From: Myxococcota bacterium
GTDB taxonomy: Bacteria > Myxococcota_A > UBA9160 > JAFDDA01
Direction of reading: 5' to 3'
Length of the DNA: 64,000 bases
NCBI GenBank assembly: GCA_965228475.1
Contig: OZ245817.1
Coordinates: 1,408,001 to 1,472,000, forward strand
The notes beneath the pieces were generated by a model, which made no database searches, was not told the DNA's origin, and saw nothing but the letters and a program-made list of their open reading frames with translations. How positions within the stretch are numbered: the stretch's first letter is position 1; each line of letters begins with the position of its first letter. This document shows positions 10,092 to 20,313 of the stretch, piece after piece. Both the position numbers and the translations under genes were made by a program.

Positions 10092-11000
10092 ATGAACCAG
10101 CATACCATCGCGGAGAAGGTGTCCTGCACCGGCGTCGGGCTTCACACGGGCCAGCCCGTGCACCTGACCCTGCACCCCGCGCGCGTCGGTTCCGGCATCG
10201 TCTTCGTCCGGACGGATCTCGCCACCCCCGTCGAGCTGCCCGCGCGCCCGGACTCGGTCGTCGATACCACCCTGGCGACGACGCTCGGTTCCGGCGAGGC
10301 GAAGGTCAGCACGATCGAGCACCTCCTGGCTGCGCTGCACGGCCTCGGCATCGACAACGTCCGCGTCGAACTCGACGGCCCCGAAGTCCCGGTGATGGAC
10401 GGCAGCTCGGCCTCCTTCGTCTACCTGATCCGCCTGGCGGGGATCTTCGAGCAGCCGGCGCCCCGCCGCACGCTGCGCATCCGGAAGCCCATCGAGGTTC
10501 GCGACGGCGACCGCTTCGCCCGCATCGAGCCGCTCTCGGGCCGCTTCCAGATCAGCTACGACGTCGACTACGACCACCCGATGATCGGCCGGCAGTCCCT
10601 GCGCGAGCTCGTGATCACGCCCGAGACCTTCGAGGCCGAGATCAGCCGCGCGCGGACGTTCGGCTTCCTGCGCGACGTCCAGGCGCTCTGGCGCATGGGC
10701 CTCGGCAAGGGCGGCTCCCTCGAGAACGCCGTGGTGCTCGACGACGCCGCGGTGGTGAACCCCGAGGGTGTCCGCTGGGCCGACGAGTTCGTGCGGCACA
10801 AGGTGCTCGACCTGATCGGTGACTTCGCGCTGCTCGGCCGCACCATCCAGGGCCACGTGGTGGTGCACAAGGGCGGCCATGCGCTGCACCAGGCGCTCGC
10901 GGCCGAGGTGCTGCGGGTGATCGAGGCCCAGGAGCGCAAGGCGCGGAACGCCCGGGCGACCCGTCAGGCCGCCGCGCTCACACCCGTCACCGCGGGCTAG
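10092..11000 (+). CDS. lpxC: UDP-3-O-acyl-GlcNAc deacetylase LpxC
   Basis: GVGLHTG, TIEHLLAAL, PVMDGSS, ARTFGF, RHKVLDLIGD; GTG 10086 is an alternative start. Confidence 0.97.
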   Translation: MNQHTIAEKVSCTGVGLHTGQPVHLTLHPARVGSGIVFVRTDLATPVELPARPDSVVDTTLATTLGSGEAKVSTIEHLLAALHGLGIDNVRVELDGPEVPVMDGSSASFVYLIRLAGIFEQPAPRRTLRIRKPIEVRDGDRFARIEPLSGRFQISYDVDYDHPMIGRQSLRELVITPETFEAEISRARTFGFLRDVQALWRMGLGKGGSLENAVVLDDAAVVNPEGVRWADEFVRHKVLDLIGDFALLGRTIQGHVVVHKGGHALHQALAAEVLRVIEAQERKARNARATRQAAALTPVTAG

Positions 11001-11036
11001 CCGACACTACGCGTCGGATCGATCCAGAGCGGACGG

Positions 11037-13112
11037 CTAGGAGCCGTTCTTCAGGAATCCACCGAGCAGGCCGCGCAGGCCGCGCTCGCCGTTCTCCTCG
11101 TTTGCCGTCTCCACGGGAGCGGCCGGCTTCGGGCTCGGCGGGTCGTCGCCCCGGTAGAGCAGGACCTTCTCGAGGGCCTCTCGCACGTCCTCGCGGTCGG
11201 GGTCGTGGGCGAGGGACTGGCGGTACGCCTCCGCGGCTGCCGTCATGTCCTCGAGCGGGCCGGCGCGGAGCTTGCCGAGTTCGCTGTAGAGATCCGCGAG
11301 CCGATCGTCCCGGTCCGAGGGCGTTCGCGCGGCCACGCGCTCGATCGTCCGAGCCGCCGTGGTCCAGTCGCCGAGGCCGCGGAGTACGTGGAGGGCGCCC
11401 GAGAGCGGCTGCGGGTCGCACGGGGACTCTTCCGCCGCGGCGGACCAGGCGCTCGCCGCGCTGCGCGCGTCGCCCTTCTCTTCGAGCAGGGTCGCGCGGG
11501 TCGTGAACAGGCGCGTGCGGGATTCGGGGTCCTTGACCGTCGCCAGGGCGCGGCGCGTCACGTCGAGGGCCTCTTCGTCGTTGCCCGCCTCGTAGTGGAC
11601 GTTCGCGAGCAGCAGCCAGGCGTCGCCGAGCGACGGGTCGCGCGAGAGGCCTTCGTGCAGGCGGGCCAGGACGTCTTCGTCGTTCGCGCCGGAATCCCGC
11701 AGGAGCCGCGCGGCGCGGGCCATGCGTTCGGCGCGGGCCTTCGGTTCTTCCGTGCGTTCCGCCCAGCGGTCGACGAGCGCGGCGGCTTCCGCCCAGCGCT
11801 CCTGACGTTCGAGGATGCGGATCGCACCGGCCAGGGCGGCGTCGTGGTCCGGGTCGCCTTCGAGGATCTGCTGGTAGCCCGCGAGGGCCTCTTCGAGATC
11901 GCCCCGGGTCTCGAGCCCGGCCGCGGCGATCGCCCGGTGCAGGGTCGGCTGGGTGTCGACGGTGCCGAGCGAGAGGCGCTTCTGGACCGCTTCGGCGGCG
12001 GCGTCGACGTCGCCGAGGTCGAAGCGGGTCTCGGCCAGTCCCGAGAGTGCGGCGGCGTTCTCGCGGTCGAGCTCGACGCCCCACTGGAAGAGCTCGGCGG
12101 CTTCTTCGACGAGCCCCTTCGCGCGGGCGCGCTCGGCGGTCTCGACGAGCAGCTCGAGCAGGAGCGCGCCGCCGACGGCGCCCTCCGCATCGCGCCGCGC
12201 GAGGGCCTCGCGCAGCCAGGGCAGGGCCGAGAGCGGATCGTCGCCGTGCTCGACGCGCCCGCGGGCGGCGCCGTAGGCAATCCGGGACTGATCGCCCGGG
12301 TCGCTGGCGAGGCCGAAGCGCCGCTCCTGGAGGACGAGGACTTCGTCCCAGTCTCCGCGCCGGGCGGCGAGGTCCGTGAGGGCGGTCAGGGCTTCGTGGT
12401 GGTCCGGCTCGTCGCGGGTCGCTTCGAGGTAGAGCCGACCCGCACGCTCGTCGTCGTCGAGTTCGAACTCGACGAGGCGGGCGAGGGCCACGCGCGCGCG
12501 GGCGCGCTCCGGGCCTTCGACCAGGCCGATGGCGTGTTGGTAGGCGTCGATGGCCCGCTCACCGCGACCCACCTGTTCGAGCAGGGAGGCGTGGCGGAGC
12601 GCCGCTTCGGCGTTGCGCGGGTCGTCGCTCGCGGCGAGCTGGAAGTGACAGAGCGCCTGCTCCGGATCGTTCGCGTGGCGCAGCCAGATCTCCCCGCACT
12701 CGAGGTGGAGGGCCGCGCGCGCGCGGGCGGCGATCGGGCAGGAAAGTTCCTGTTCGGCGACCTGGAGCACGAGCTCCCAGCTCCCGACGGCGCCGTAGGC
12801 CTGGCGCAGGGCGCGCAGGGCAGGGCGGTAGTCGGGCGCGCGCTCGGCGGCCTCGCGGTAGCGGAGCAGCGCCGCGCCGTGGTCGCCGCGGCCGCGTTCG
12901 AGCATCTGGCCGAGGCGCACGAGGATGCGCGCCTGGTCCGTCGGAGAACCGGACTCGGTCTCGGCGCCGAGGCGGCGCACGTAGAGCGCTTCGAGCTCCG
13001 ACCACTCCTCGTGCAGGTAGTGGTGCTCTTCGAGCGCTTCGAAGGCGGCGCGGTCCCTCGGGTCGGCCTCGAGGCGGCGGCGATGGCTGGCGACGGGCGA
13101 TTCCGCTGACAT
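11037..13112 (-). CDS. Large tetratricopeptide-repeat protein of myxobacterial type
   Basis: GGAGGGGAG SD before MSAESPV; repeated TPR units (EALYVRRL, EEALAGYQQILEGDPDH, AAEAYRQSLAHDPD). Confidence 0.85.
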   Translation of the reverse strand: MSAESPVASHRRRLEADPRDRAAFEALEEHHYLHEEWSELEALYVRRLGAETESGSPTDQARILVRLGQMLERGRGDHGAALLRYREAAERAPDYRPALRALRQAYGAVGSWELVLQVAEQELSCPIAARARAALHLECGEIWLRHANDPEQALCHFQLAASDDPRNAEAALRHASLLEQVGRGERAIDAYQHAIGLVEGPERARARVALARLVEFELDDDERAGRLYLEATRDEPDHHEALTALTDLAARRGDWDEVLVLQERRFGLASDPGDQSRIAYGAARGRVEHGDDPLSALPWLREALARRDAEGAVGGALLLELLVETAERARAKGLVEEAAELFQWGVELDRENAAALSGLAETRFDLGDVDAAAEAVQKRLSLGTVDTQPTLHRAIAAAGLETRGDLEEALAGYQQILEGDPDHDAALAGAIRILERQERWAEAAALVDRWAERTEEPKARAERMARAARLLRDSGANDEDVLARLHEGLSRDPSLGDAWLLLANVHYEAGNDEEALDVTRRALATVKDPESRTRLFTTRATLLEEKGDARSAASAWSAAAEESPCDPQPLSGALHVLRGLGDWTTAARTIERVAARTPSDRDDRLADLYSELGKLRAGPLEDMTAAAEAYRQSLAHDPDREDVREALEKVLLYRGDDPPSPKPAAPVETANEENGERGLRGLLGGFLKNGS

Positions 13113-13348
13113 GACTCCCCTCCGGAGGCACGGGAAGCGTCCGTGCCCTCCGCGTGCTCCTGCGCGCGTTCCATGGATCCGGCGTGAGGCCGCCCTCCGT
13201 TCTCCGGGGCTGGCCTCGGGCCTTGCTCCGTCGAACTCATCGTCCGGCTCGGGGATAACCTTGATGTTTGCCGGTCGGGTGCACGCTGCCGGGGTGTCCC
13301 CGAAGCGGGGGGATCGCCACTCGGGCGTTCCGCGGACGGGCTTGGGCG

Positions 13349-15757
13349 CTACTCGGCCGAGAGCTTCGCGGCGAGGGCCCGAGCGCGTTCCGAGAACGGC
13401 GGCTCGAGTTCGCTCGCTTCGATCTGCGCAAGCGACGCGCGCGCCTCGCCCGGCCGATCGAGCGCGGCCAGGGCCGAAGCCTCGAGGTACCGCAGATGGG
13501 GCGTCAGGTGGGCCGGGGCGTCCGGCAACAGGCCGCGGACGATCTCGAGACACGCGGCCGCTTCTCCGCGCGCGAGGTGGACGCTCGCGAGCGTGTCGAG
13601 GCTCTCCGGCGTCCCGAGCGCGGCGGAAGCGCTGCGCGCGAGCCGGAGGGCTTCTTCGAGGCTCTGGCCGGCGACGGCCAGCCCCCAGGCGAGGTCGTTC
13701 TGGCGGCGCGGGTCGTTCGGGTCGAGGCCGTAGGGCTGCCGCCAGGCATCGACGGCCTCCTCGAGCTGCCCTGCGTGCTGGAGGCTCAGCGCCAGGGAAC
13801 TCCACGCCGTCTGCGAAGTCGGCTCACGGCGGGTCAGCCGGCGCAGGCGTGCGATCGCGGCGTCCTGCCGCCCCGCCTGGGTCTCGGCGTGGGCGATGCG
13901 CGCCTGGGTCTCCGCCTGGCCGAGGAAGGAGGGCGAGAGCGCCGCGAGGTGCGCGTCGGCGGCCTCGGTGTCGCCGCTTTCGAAGGCGAGCAGCGCGAGC
14001 TGGAAGCGGGCGCCGCCCGGCGGGTCCTCGAGGGCCGTGGCCTGCTCGAAGAAGGCTCGGGCCTGCTCGCGATCCCCGCGCCGGTGGGCGACCCGGCCGA
14101 GCCCGATCAGGCCCGACGGGCTTTCGGGATCCTGCGCGGCGGTCTCCCGGAACGCCGCCTCGGCTTCTTCGAGCTCGCCCTGTCCGATCAGTCCGAGGCC
14201 GAGCACGTAGTGATGGACCGACATCAGCGGGTCGATCTCGACGAGCCTGCGCCCCGCATCGACGACGATGTCGTAGCGCGCGGAGAGGACGCCGGCGTTG
14301 GCGCGCATGAGCAGGATGTGGCGGCCCGGTTGCTCGATCGGCGCGAGGAGGGCGAGCGCCTGGTCGCCGCGGCCATCCGAGAGGTGGGCCGCGGCGCGCT
14401 GCATGGCGCTGGCCTCCTGCATGTGATCCTTCGGATCCGGGCCGCCGACGACGCCGAGCTCCGTGAGGTCGACGCCTTCGCTTCCCGGCATCAGGTACCC
14501 GAGGCTTTCGAGGCGGGCGCGATCTTCGGCGGTCAGCTCGGCTCCGCCCTGGTTGCCGCGGGCGCGGGCGAGCACTTCGTCGATCTTCCGGTCGAAGGCC
14601 TCGACGCGTTCGGGCTGTTCGGCGGCGACGTTCCGGAGCTCGTTCGGGTCGGCCGCGAGGTCGTAGAGCTCGGGCCGCGGCGCCCGCAGGTACTTGTACC
14701 CCTCGGCGCGAATGCCGAGCACCGGGCTCCACCCCATCGAGATCTGCGGTTCGAGGGCCTCGACGTAGGCCACCCGCTCGCTCTCGGGTTCCGCGCCCAG
14801 GGCCAGGGGGACGAGGCTCTTCCCCGTGGTGTCCGGCAGCGGCGGCAGGTCGGCCAGTTCGAGCAGGGTCGGCGCGATGTCCGCCGAGCGGACCTGGTCG
14901 TCCACCACGGCGCCGCGCCCGAGGCCCGGCCCGCTGATGATCAAGGGAACGCGCTGGGTCGCGTCGTAGACGGTCAGCGAGTGGGTCGCCTCTCCGTGCT
15001 CGCCGAGCGCCTCCCCGTGGTCGCTCGTCACGATGATCGCGAGCTTCTCGAACCCGAAGCGGCGCCGGATTCCCGCGAGGAGGCGCGCGACCTGGGCGTC
15101 GCTGAAGGCGATCTCGCCCGCGTAGGGGTCCTGGCGGTGGCGGCCGGCGAAGGGCTCCGGCGGGTTGTAGTTGGCGTGGGGGTCGTAGAGGTGGACCCAG
15201 AGGAAGAACTTCTCCGGCGCCTCCCGCACCCAGTCGAGGGCGGCATCCACGACGAGGTCGCCCCGCCGTTCGGCGTAGGAGAACGGGCTTCCGGCGGCCC
15301 GGCGCTGGCCGATGTCGTCGTCGTAGACGTCGAAGCCGCGGTCGAGCCCGAACTGGCTGTCGAGCACGAAGGCCGCGACGAAGGCGGCGGTGCCGTACCC
15401 GCCCTGCTGGAAGTGCTCGCCGACGGTGGGAATGGTCGGGTCGAGCGAGAAGACCGAGTTGCCGCGCACGCCGTGCTCGGGCGGCTCGAGGCCCGTCAGC
15501 ATCGAAGCGTGGGAGGGACGGGTGATCGGGGTCGGCGCGATGGCCTGGTCGAAGCGCACGCCCGCTGCGGCGAGCCGGTCGAGGGTCGGCGTTTCCGCGT
15601 TCTTGTCGCCGTAGGCTCCGACGCGATCGGCGCGCAGCGTGTCGAGGGTGATCAGGACGACCCGGTCGACGGGCGGGCGCTCGGGCTCGCGGCCACAGCC
15701 CCAAGAGAGGAGCGCACAAAGTGCGATCACGACGTGGCCCGGAGCCGACATCTCCAT
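13349..15757 (-). CDS. Sulfatase-like (alkaline phosphatase superfamily) lipoprotein with C-terminal TPRs
   Basis: AAGGAG SD; lipobox LLSWGC; LITLDTLRAD, TRPSHASMLTG, HLYDPH, SDHGE; TPR tail. Confidence 0.88.
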   Translation of the reverse strand: MEMSAPGHVVIALCALLSWGCGREPERPPVDRVVLITLDTLRADRVGAYGDKNAETPTLDRLAAAGVRFDQAIAPTPITRPSHASMLTGLEPPEHGVRGNSVFSLDPTIPTVGEHFQQGGYGTAAFVAAFVLDSQFGLDRGFDVYDDDIGQRRAAGSPFSYAERRGDLVVDAALDWVREAPEKFFLWVHLYDPHANYNPPEPFAGRHRQDPYAGEIAFSDAQVARLLAGIRRRFGFEKLAIIVTSDHGEALGEHGEATHSLTVYDATQRVPLIISGPGLGRGAVVDDQVRSADIAPTLLELADLPPLPDTTGKSLVPLALGAEPESERVAYVEALEPQISMGWSPVLGIRAEGYKYLRAPRPELYDLAADPNELRNVAAEQPERVEAFDRKIDEVLARARGNQGGAELTAEDRARLESLGYLMPGSEGVDLTELGVVGGPDPKDHMQEASAMQRAAAHLSDGRGDQALALLAPIEQPGRHILLMRANAGVLSARYDIVVDAGRRLVEIDPLMSVHHYVLGLGLIGQGELEEAEAAFRETAAQDPESPSGLIGLGRVAHRRGDREQARAFFEQATALEDPPGGARFQLALLAFESGDTEAADAHLAALSPSFLGQAETQARIAHAETQAGRQDAAIARLRRLTRREPTSQTAWSSLALSLQHAGQLEEAVDAWRQPYGLDPNDPRRQNDLAWGLAVAGQSLEEALRLARSASAALGTPESLDTLASVHLARGEAAACLEIVRGLLPDAPAHLTPHLRYLEASALAALDRPGEARASLAQIEASELEPPFSERARALAAKLSAE

Positions 15758-15783
15758 GCTCCTTTCGCGGATCCAGTGACTCA

Positions 15784-17685
15784 TCATCCACCGATGCCCT
15801 GGCGATCGAGCGTGCGGGCGAGCAGCGCCAACATCCAGCGGCGGTGCACACGACGGTAGAGCGAGTCTTCCGGATCTCGGGCCGGAGAACTCGGGTCGAG
15901 CGACCGACCGATCGCATCGAGGGCCCCGGGGCGGAAGATCCTGCGGAGAGGGGAGTCGTTGGATGAGACGGCGAACCGGAACGCGTCGACGAACACCTGG
16001 CCTCCGATGTCCTCGATGGGGATGGCGAAACCTTGCTTGGGTCGATCGACTACCCAAGGTGGAACCAGCCGACGAGCCACTCTTCGAAGAGCCCTCTTTC
16101 CGACGAAGTGCTGCTGTTTCTCGCGGAACGGCAGGCGCGCTGCAAGGTCCAGGACGCGGCCGGACAGAAGCGGAGCCCGGAGTTCGACGGACGCGGCGGC
16201 AGACATTCGGTCGACTTTGGTGAGCATGTTGTCCGGAAGCATCAGCCGTTGCTCCTGCCAGTGTGCGGCTTCAGCCGGGTTGGCTGCCAACGTGGCCCCG
16301 CGTTCTTCCATCAGCCGGTCGAAGGTCCGGCTCGGCTCCTCCGGGAGCCAGGCCGGGTCGATCAGCCTCACCTGCTCCTCCGGCCAGAAGAGGGAGGTGT
16401 ACGCAACCTGGCGTCGTACTGCCGACATCCGTGCAGTGTCCAGAAAACGTGCGGACTGACGACCGCGTTCACCGGCGGCGCGCTGGAGAAGAGCGCTGGC
16501 GAGTCCGAGGACTCCGCCAGGGATGCGGGAAAGGGCGGCCAGCGGCGGCAAGATCGCGTAGCGGCGATAGCCGGCGAAGACTTCGTCCCCGCCGTCGCCG
16601 GACAGCGCGACCTTGACGTGCTTTGCGAGCTCCCGGCTCAGTCGGAGCACGTTGAGCGAAGAAGTGTCGCCGAAGGGATCTCCGTGGTGGTCGACGAGAC
16701 AATCGAATTCCTGCTGGGAGAGTGGCGCCCTCGAGATCTCGACCTCGTTGTGGTCGCTCCCGATGTGGTCTGCCACGGCACGGGCGGCATCCCGTTCATC
16801 GTAGGCCGGGTCGTCGTAGACCACGGTGAAGGTCTTCAAGCGGCCCACACGACGAGCGGCCAGAGCAGCAACGGTCGAGGAGTCGATACCTCCCGAGAGG
16901 AGTACGCCGACCGGAACGTCCGAGACCAGATGCTCTGCCACCGCCTGCTCCAGCGTCGCTTCCAGGTCTCTCGGGTCCGATTCGGGTCGCGCCGGAGCCG
17001 GTTCGGGGGCGAAACGGCCGAGCTCGGGCTCGTGACCCACGCGGAGGCGGACCCAGGCGCCCGGCTGGAGCTGGAAGATGTCGCGTCGCATCGTGTGAGG
17101 TGCGGGCGCGAAGCCGAAGGTCAGGATATGGGAGAGGCCCTCGGGGCTGAGGGTGGCATCGACGTCGGGAACGGCCAGGAGGGGCGTCAACTCCGATGCG
17201 AACGCCCAACCGCCGTGGCTCCGGCGAGCGACGTAGAGCGGCTTCTGGCCCGCCCGGTCTCGCGCTAGCAGCGCGGTCTGTCCGCGTTCGTCGAGCAGGG
17301 CCAATGCGAACATCCCGTCGAACCGCTCCAACGCCTGTATCCCCTGGGTCGCGAGCATGCGCAGCACGACTTCGGTATCGCTCGTTCCAGCGAACCGCTC
17401 TCCCGCCAGCTCGAGCTCCCTGCGCAGCGCTTCGAAGTTGTACACCTCGCCGTTGTAGACGAGGAGGTGGCTGCGGGTCGGCGACCACATGGGCTGGGCA
17501 CCGGTCTCGGTGAGGTCGAGAATCGCGAGGCGAGTGTGCGCCACGCCCGAGGGTCCGGCGCGCTCGATCGCCGATTCGTCGGGCCCGCGATGGTGCAAGT
17601 CGACGCAGAAACGCCGCAGCGTCCGCTCCAGTGTGGCTCCGTCCACGCGAGAGGATGAGCTCAGGATGCCGGCGATTCCGCACAT
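15784..17685 (-). CDS. asnB: Asparagine synthetase B-like glutamine amidotransferase (copy 1)
   Basis: MCGIAG, HRGPD, RLAILDL, YNGEVYN, LSGGIDSS, SGDGGDEVFAGY, KVDRMS. Confidence 0.94.
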   Translation of the reverse strand: MCGIAGILSSSSRVDGATLERTLRRFCVDLHHRGPDESAIERAGPSGVAHTRLAILDLTETGAQPMWSPTRSHLLVYNGEVYNFEALRRELELAGERFAGTSDTEVVLRMLATQGIQALERFDGMFALALLDERGQTALLARDRAGQKPLYVARRSHGGWAFASELTPLLAVPDVDATLSPEGLSHILTFGFAPAPHTMRRDIFQLQPGAWVRLRVGHEPELGRFAPEPAPARPESDPRDLEATLEQAVAEHLVSDVPVGVLLSGGIDSSTVAALAARRVGRLKTFTVVYDDPAYDERDAARAVADHIGSDHNEVEISRAPLSQQEFDCLVDHHGDPFGDTSSLNVLRLSRELAKHVKVALSGDGGDEVFAGYRRYAILPPLAALSRIPGGVLGLASALLQRAAGERGRQSARFLDTARMSAVRRQVAYTSLFWPEEQVRLIDPAWLPEEPSRTFDRLMEERGATLAANPAEAAHWQEQRLMLPDNMLTKVDRMSAAASVELRAPLLSGRVLDLAARLPFREKQQHFVGKRALRRVARRLVPPWVVDRPKQGFAIPIEDIGGQVFVDAFRFAVSSNDSPLRRIFRPGALDAIGRSLDPSSPARDPEDSLYRRVHRRWMLALLARTLDRQGIGG

Positions 17686-17716
17686 GGTTGGGGGCCCTCT
17701 GGGGGGCCTGGGTCCC

Positions 17717-18772
17717 TCACTCCGCGCGGGCCTCGATTCGCTCGAGCACGTCGTCGAGAATGGCGTCTTCGGGCCACGTGTGCCCCTCGATCCATTCGAG
17801 GTCCGGGGTCCAGTGCCCCGGGCAGTCATGGACCGGCACGGACTCGTACCCGTACGAGATCTCGACGATGCGCGGCTGAGAGGTCTTGTCGTCGACGAAG
17901 TCGAAGCAGATGCTCGCGGCGCCGAGTGATTGAGCGACATCGAAGGCGGTTTGGACCGCAGCTTCGCGAATTCGCGACCGGTCGTATTCGATCCTACCGC
18001 TCCCCGAGGCGCGGAAATCACCCGGCCGTACGCCGCGCGTGAAGCCGAAAGCCCGCTTCCCGATCACGGTGATCCTCGTGTCGAAGGCGTTGTCGGGAAC
18101 GAACTCCTGAAGATAGAGGTATCCGCTCTCCTTGCCCAGTCGCTGGTCGAGTTCCCGACGCCGCTTGATCTTCGCCGGCAAAGACTGAATGAGCTCCTTG
18201 AAGCGGCCGATTCGCCACGAGTTGGCGAACTTCCATGCCTCGTTTCGTAGCGAGCCCGACGGCGTGAAACCCGCCCCGAAGGCCTTGTCGAGGGTCTTCC
18301 TTGCTTCCTCCAGGTCCGCGAGAAGCCGGACGTTGCGGGATCCCGAGCCGCGTCGAAGCTTGAACACCTTGGGGTAGGTCGTCGTCTCCAGGAACTCGCG
18401 TGCACTCCGGGCGTCGAGGAAGACCCAGGTCGGCACGAGCGGCGCGCCGATCGCCTCGAGGGCGTACTTCTGGGCGATCTTGTCGTCGAAGTGCCAACAC
18501 GTCGCGTCGTCTGGGAAGGTGACGAGCCCCATGGAGGCGGCGCTCTTCAGAACGTGTCGCGCGATCAGCTGGTCTTGCGCCGAGCCGTGACCGAAATGCC
18601 AGAGCAAGGCTGATTTCCCGCGGAGCTGATCGATCGCATCGCTGCGATGGCAGTCGACGATCTCGTGCGGGATGCCACGTTCTCGGCAGGATGCGATCCA
18701 GCGATCGGAGAAGCCTCCGGGCCTCGGATGGATCGCGATCGCGCGCCGCCTACTGTCTTCGCTCACCGACAT
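17717..18772 (-). CDS. RimK-like ATP-grasp ligase
   Basis: FDDKIAQKY, YPKVFKLRRGSGSRNV, YLQEFVP, DTRITVIG, DFRASGSG, VEIS. Confidence 0.85.
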   Translation of the reverse strand: MSVSEDSRRRAIAIHPRPGGFSDRWIASCRERGIPHEIVDCHRSDAIDQLRGKSALLWHFGHGSAQDQLIARHVLKSAASMGLVTFPDDATCWHFDDKIAQKYALEAIGAPLVPTWVFLDARSAREFLETTTYPKVFKLRRGSGSRNVRLLADLEEARKTLDKAFGAGFTPSGSLRNEAWKFANSWRIGRFKELIQSLPAKIKRRRELDQRLGKESGYLYLQEFVPDNAFDTRITVIGKRAFGFTRGVRPGDFRASGSGRIEYDRSRIREAAVQTAFDVAQSLGAASICFDFVDDKTSQPRIVEISYGYESVPVHDCPGHWTPDLEWIEGHTWPEDAILDDVLERIEARAE

Positions 18773-20182
18773 TCAGGCGGCCCGTCTTTCGATGAATCCG
18801 GCCCAGCCGGCGGGAGGCCGTGCGCGGACCCCGAAGGCCGAAACTGCCTCGGCCATCGAGAGCTCGCCGGCATCGGATCGAATGCGGACCGGCGCCGCTG
18901 CGTCCGGCAGCGGCCAGCGAGGCTCGTCGCCGGCGTGGGCGAGGAGCGGGATCCGGTCCGGGTCGAGGCCAAGGAGGCGTGCATGAAGCCTCTCGGCGGC
19001 GAACGGAGCGTCACTGAACGTCACGACGCCCATGTCGATCGGGTCCGGGCGCAGCGGGCCTTCCCCCTGGCCGCAAACGATGGCGTCGGTGAGGGAGAGG
19101 ACCTTGCGTTGCTGGGAGTCGGAAAGGCTTCCGTCGAGACGACCGAAGCGAACGATCCGGTTGAGGTCGAGCACCATTCGCCAGACCGTATCGTTGCCGT
19201 GCCACGCACCACTCATCCGTCCGCCCCCGCCCCCCGAGAGGTAGCGAGCGACCCGGCTCGCCTGGCGCCACAGCCCGTAGCCGCGCTGTCCGATCCTGCG
19301 GTTGGCCGCATCATCGAGGCCCTCGGCGAACTCGCGAGTCCGGGACTTGCCCGGGTAGCAGTCTCCCCCTCGCTCGGATCCGCCGAAGCGGTGGTGCGGG
19401 AGAAAATCCTTGTCGCCGTTGAGGCCGACGAGGTTCTTGACGGTTCCGGTGATGCCGGCCTTGCAATGGGTCTTGAGCTTCGGAAGGGAGAGGATGCAGT
19501 CGACCTCGAAGGCGTCGCGACAGAGCAGGTAGCAGTGTCGGCCCGGTCGGTGGGTCTCTACCAGTCGATCCGGGTCGTAGTCCGCGACGCGGAAACGCGG
19601 CTCGACGCTGGAAATGGGCTCGAGCATGCTGTCGCTGCCAACATCGAACCGGACGTATCGGCTCTCGGAACGGATGTCCTTCTTCACGTTGGCCGACAGG
19701 CCCCCGCTCTCGAAGACCGTCCTTCGAAAGTCGATCACCTCGACAACGGCGCCATGCTGGCGGGCGAGTGCATCGACCCGTTCTTCGAAGCCGGGAGGCA
19801 GTAGCGCCTGGAAGTCGCAGCGTTGGATCGGCGCGTCCCCGATGATCACGCGAGCGGGCCGAGCCTTCAGCACCTCGGTCAGAGCGGCGATCACGAACTC
19901 CGGGTGCGTGACCAGGCACTCCTTGCCGCCGCTCCCCTCGTTCTCGTGAGCGACCCAGTTCGGCTTCAGGAGAACGGACCCGCCTTGTGGGATGATCGAC
20001 GAGAGGCCTCGCCCCTCTTCCGTCCCATGGGCCACGGCTCGCTCGATCAGCGATGCGAGGTGGCCCGGTTCGTAAGCCGCGTGTGAAGGCCCCTCGCGAC
20101 CCCGTTCGCTATGAGCCAAGCCCACGCGGCATTCGGTGGCGTTTTGCGCCGTTGCCTCGGGCTTTTCGCTGCGTGCGGCCAT
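18773..20182 (-). CDS. DUF362 domain protein (copy 1)
   Basis: VLLKPNWVAH, LVTHP, IGDAP, LPKLKTHCKAGITGTVKNLVG, DAIVCGQGEGP. Confidence 0.85.
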   Translation of the reverse strand: MAARSEKPEATAQNATECRVGLAHSERGREGPSHAAYEPGHLASLIERAVAHGTEEGRGLSSIIPQGGSVLLKPNWVAHENEGSGGKECLVTHPEFVIAALTEVLKARPARVIIGDAPIQRCDFQALLPPGFEERVDALARQHGAVVEVIDFRRTVFESGGLSANVKKDIRSESRYVRFDVGSDSMLEPISSVEPRFRVADYDPDRLVETHRPGRHCYLLCRDAFEVDCILSLPKLKTHCKAGITGTVKNLVGLNGDKDFLPHHRFGGSERGGDCYPGKSRTREFAEGLDDAANRRIGQRGYGLWRQASRVARYLSGGGGGRMSGAWHGNDTVWRMVLDLNRIVRFGRLDGSLSDSQQRKVLSLTDAIVCGQGEGPLRPDPIDMGVVTFSDAPFAAERLHARLLGLDPDRIPLLAHAGDEPRWPLPDAAAPVRIRSDAGELSMAEAVSAFGVRARPPAGWAGFIERRAA

Positions 20183-20313
20183 TGCAAACGATGCTACCAC
20201 GGGCGGTCGAAGAGCCGCCAGGCAGCCTGGCCTCGAGGCTGTCCGAATTGCGTTCGAGTTGCAGCGAGGTTGCCAGGTGCGTAGCTTCCGCCGCGCGGTG
20301 GGCACCGGGAATC

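Noticed and set aside
15784..18772. AsnB plus ATP-grasp as a lasso peptide or graspetide RiPP cluster
   Set aside because: Both AsnB proteins keep the N-terminal Cys glutaminase domain, no precursor peptide, B protein or peptide transporter is visible, and the context is polysaccharide synthesis.
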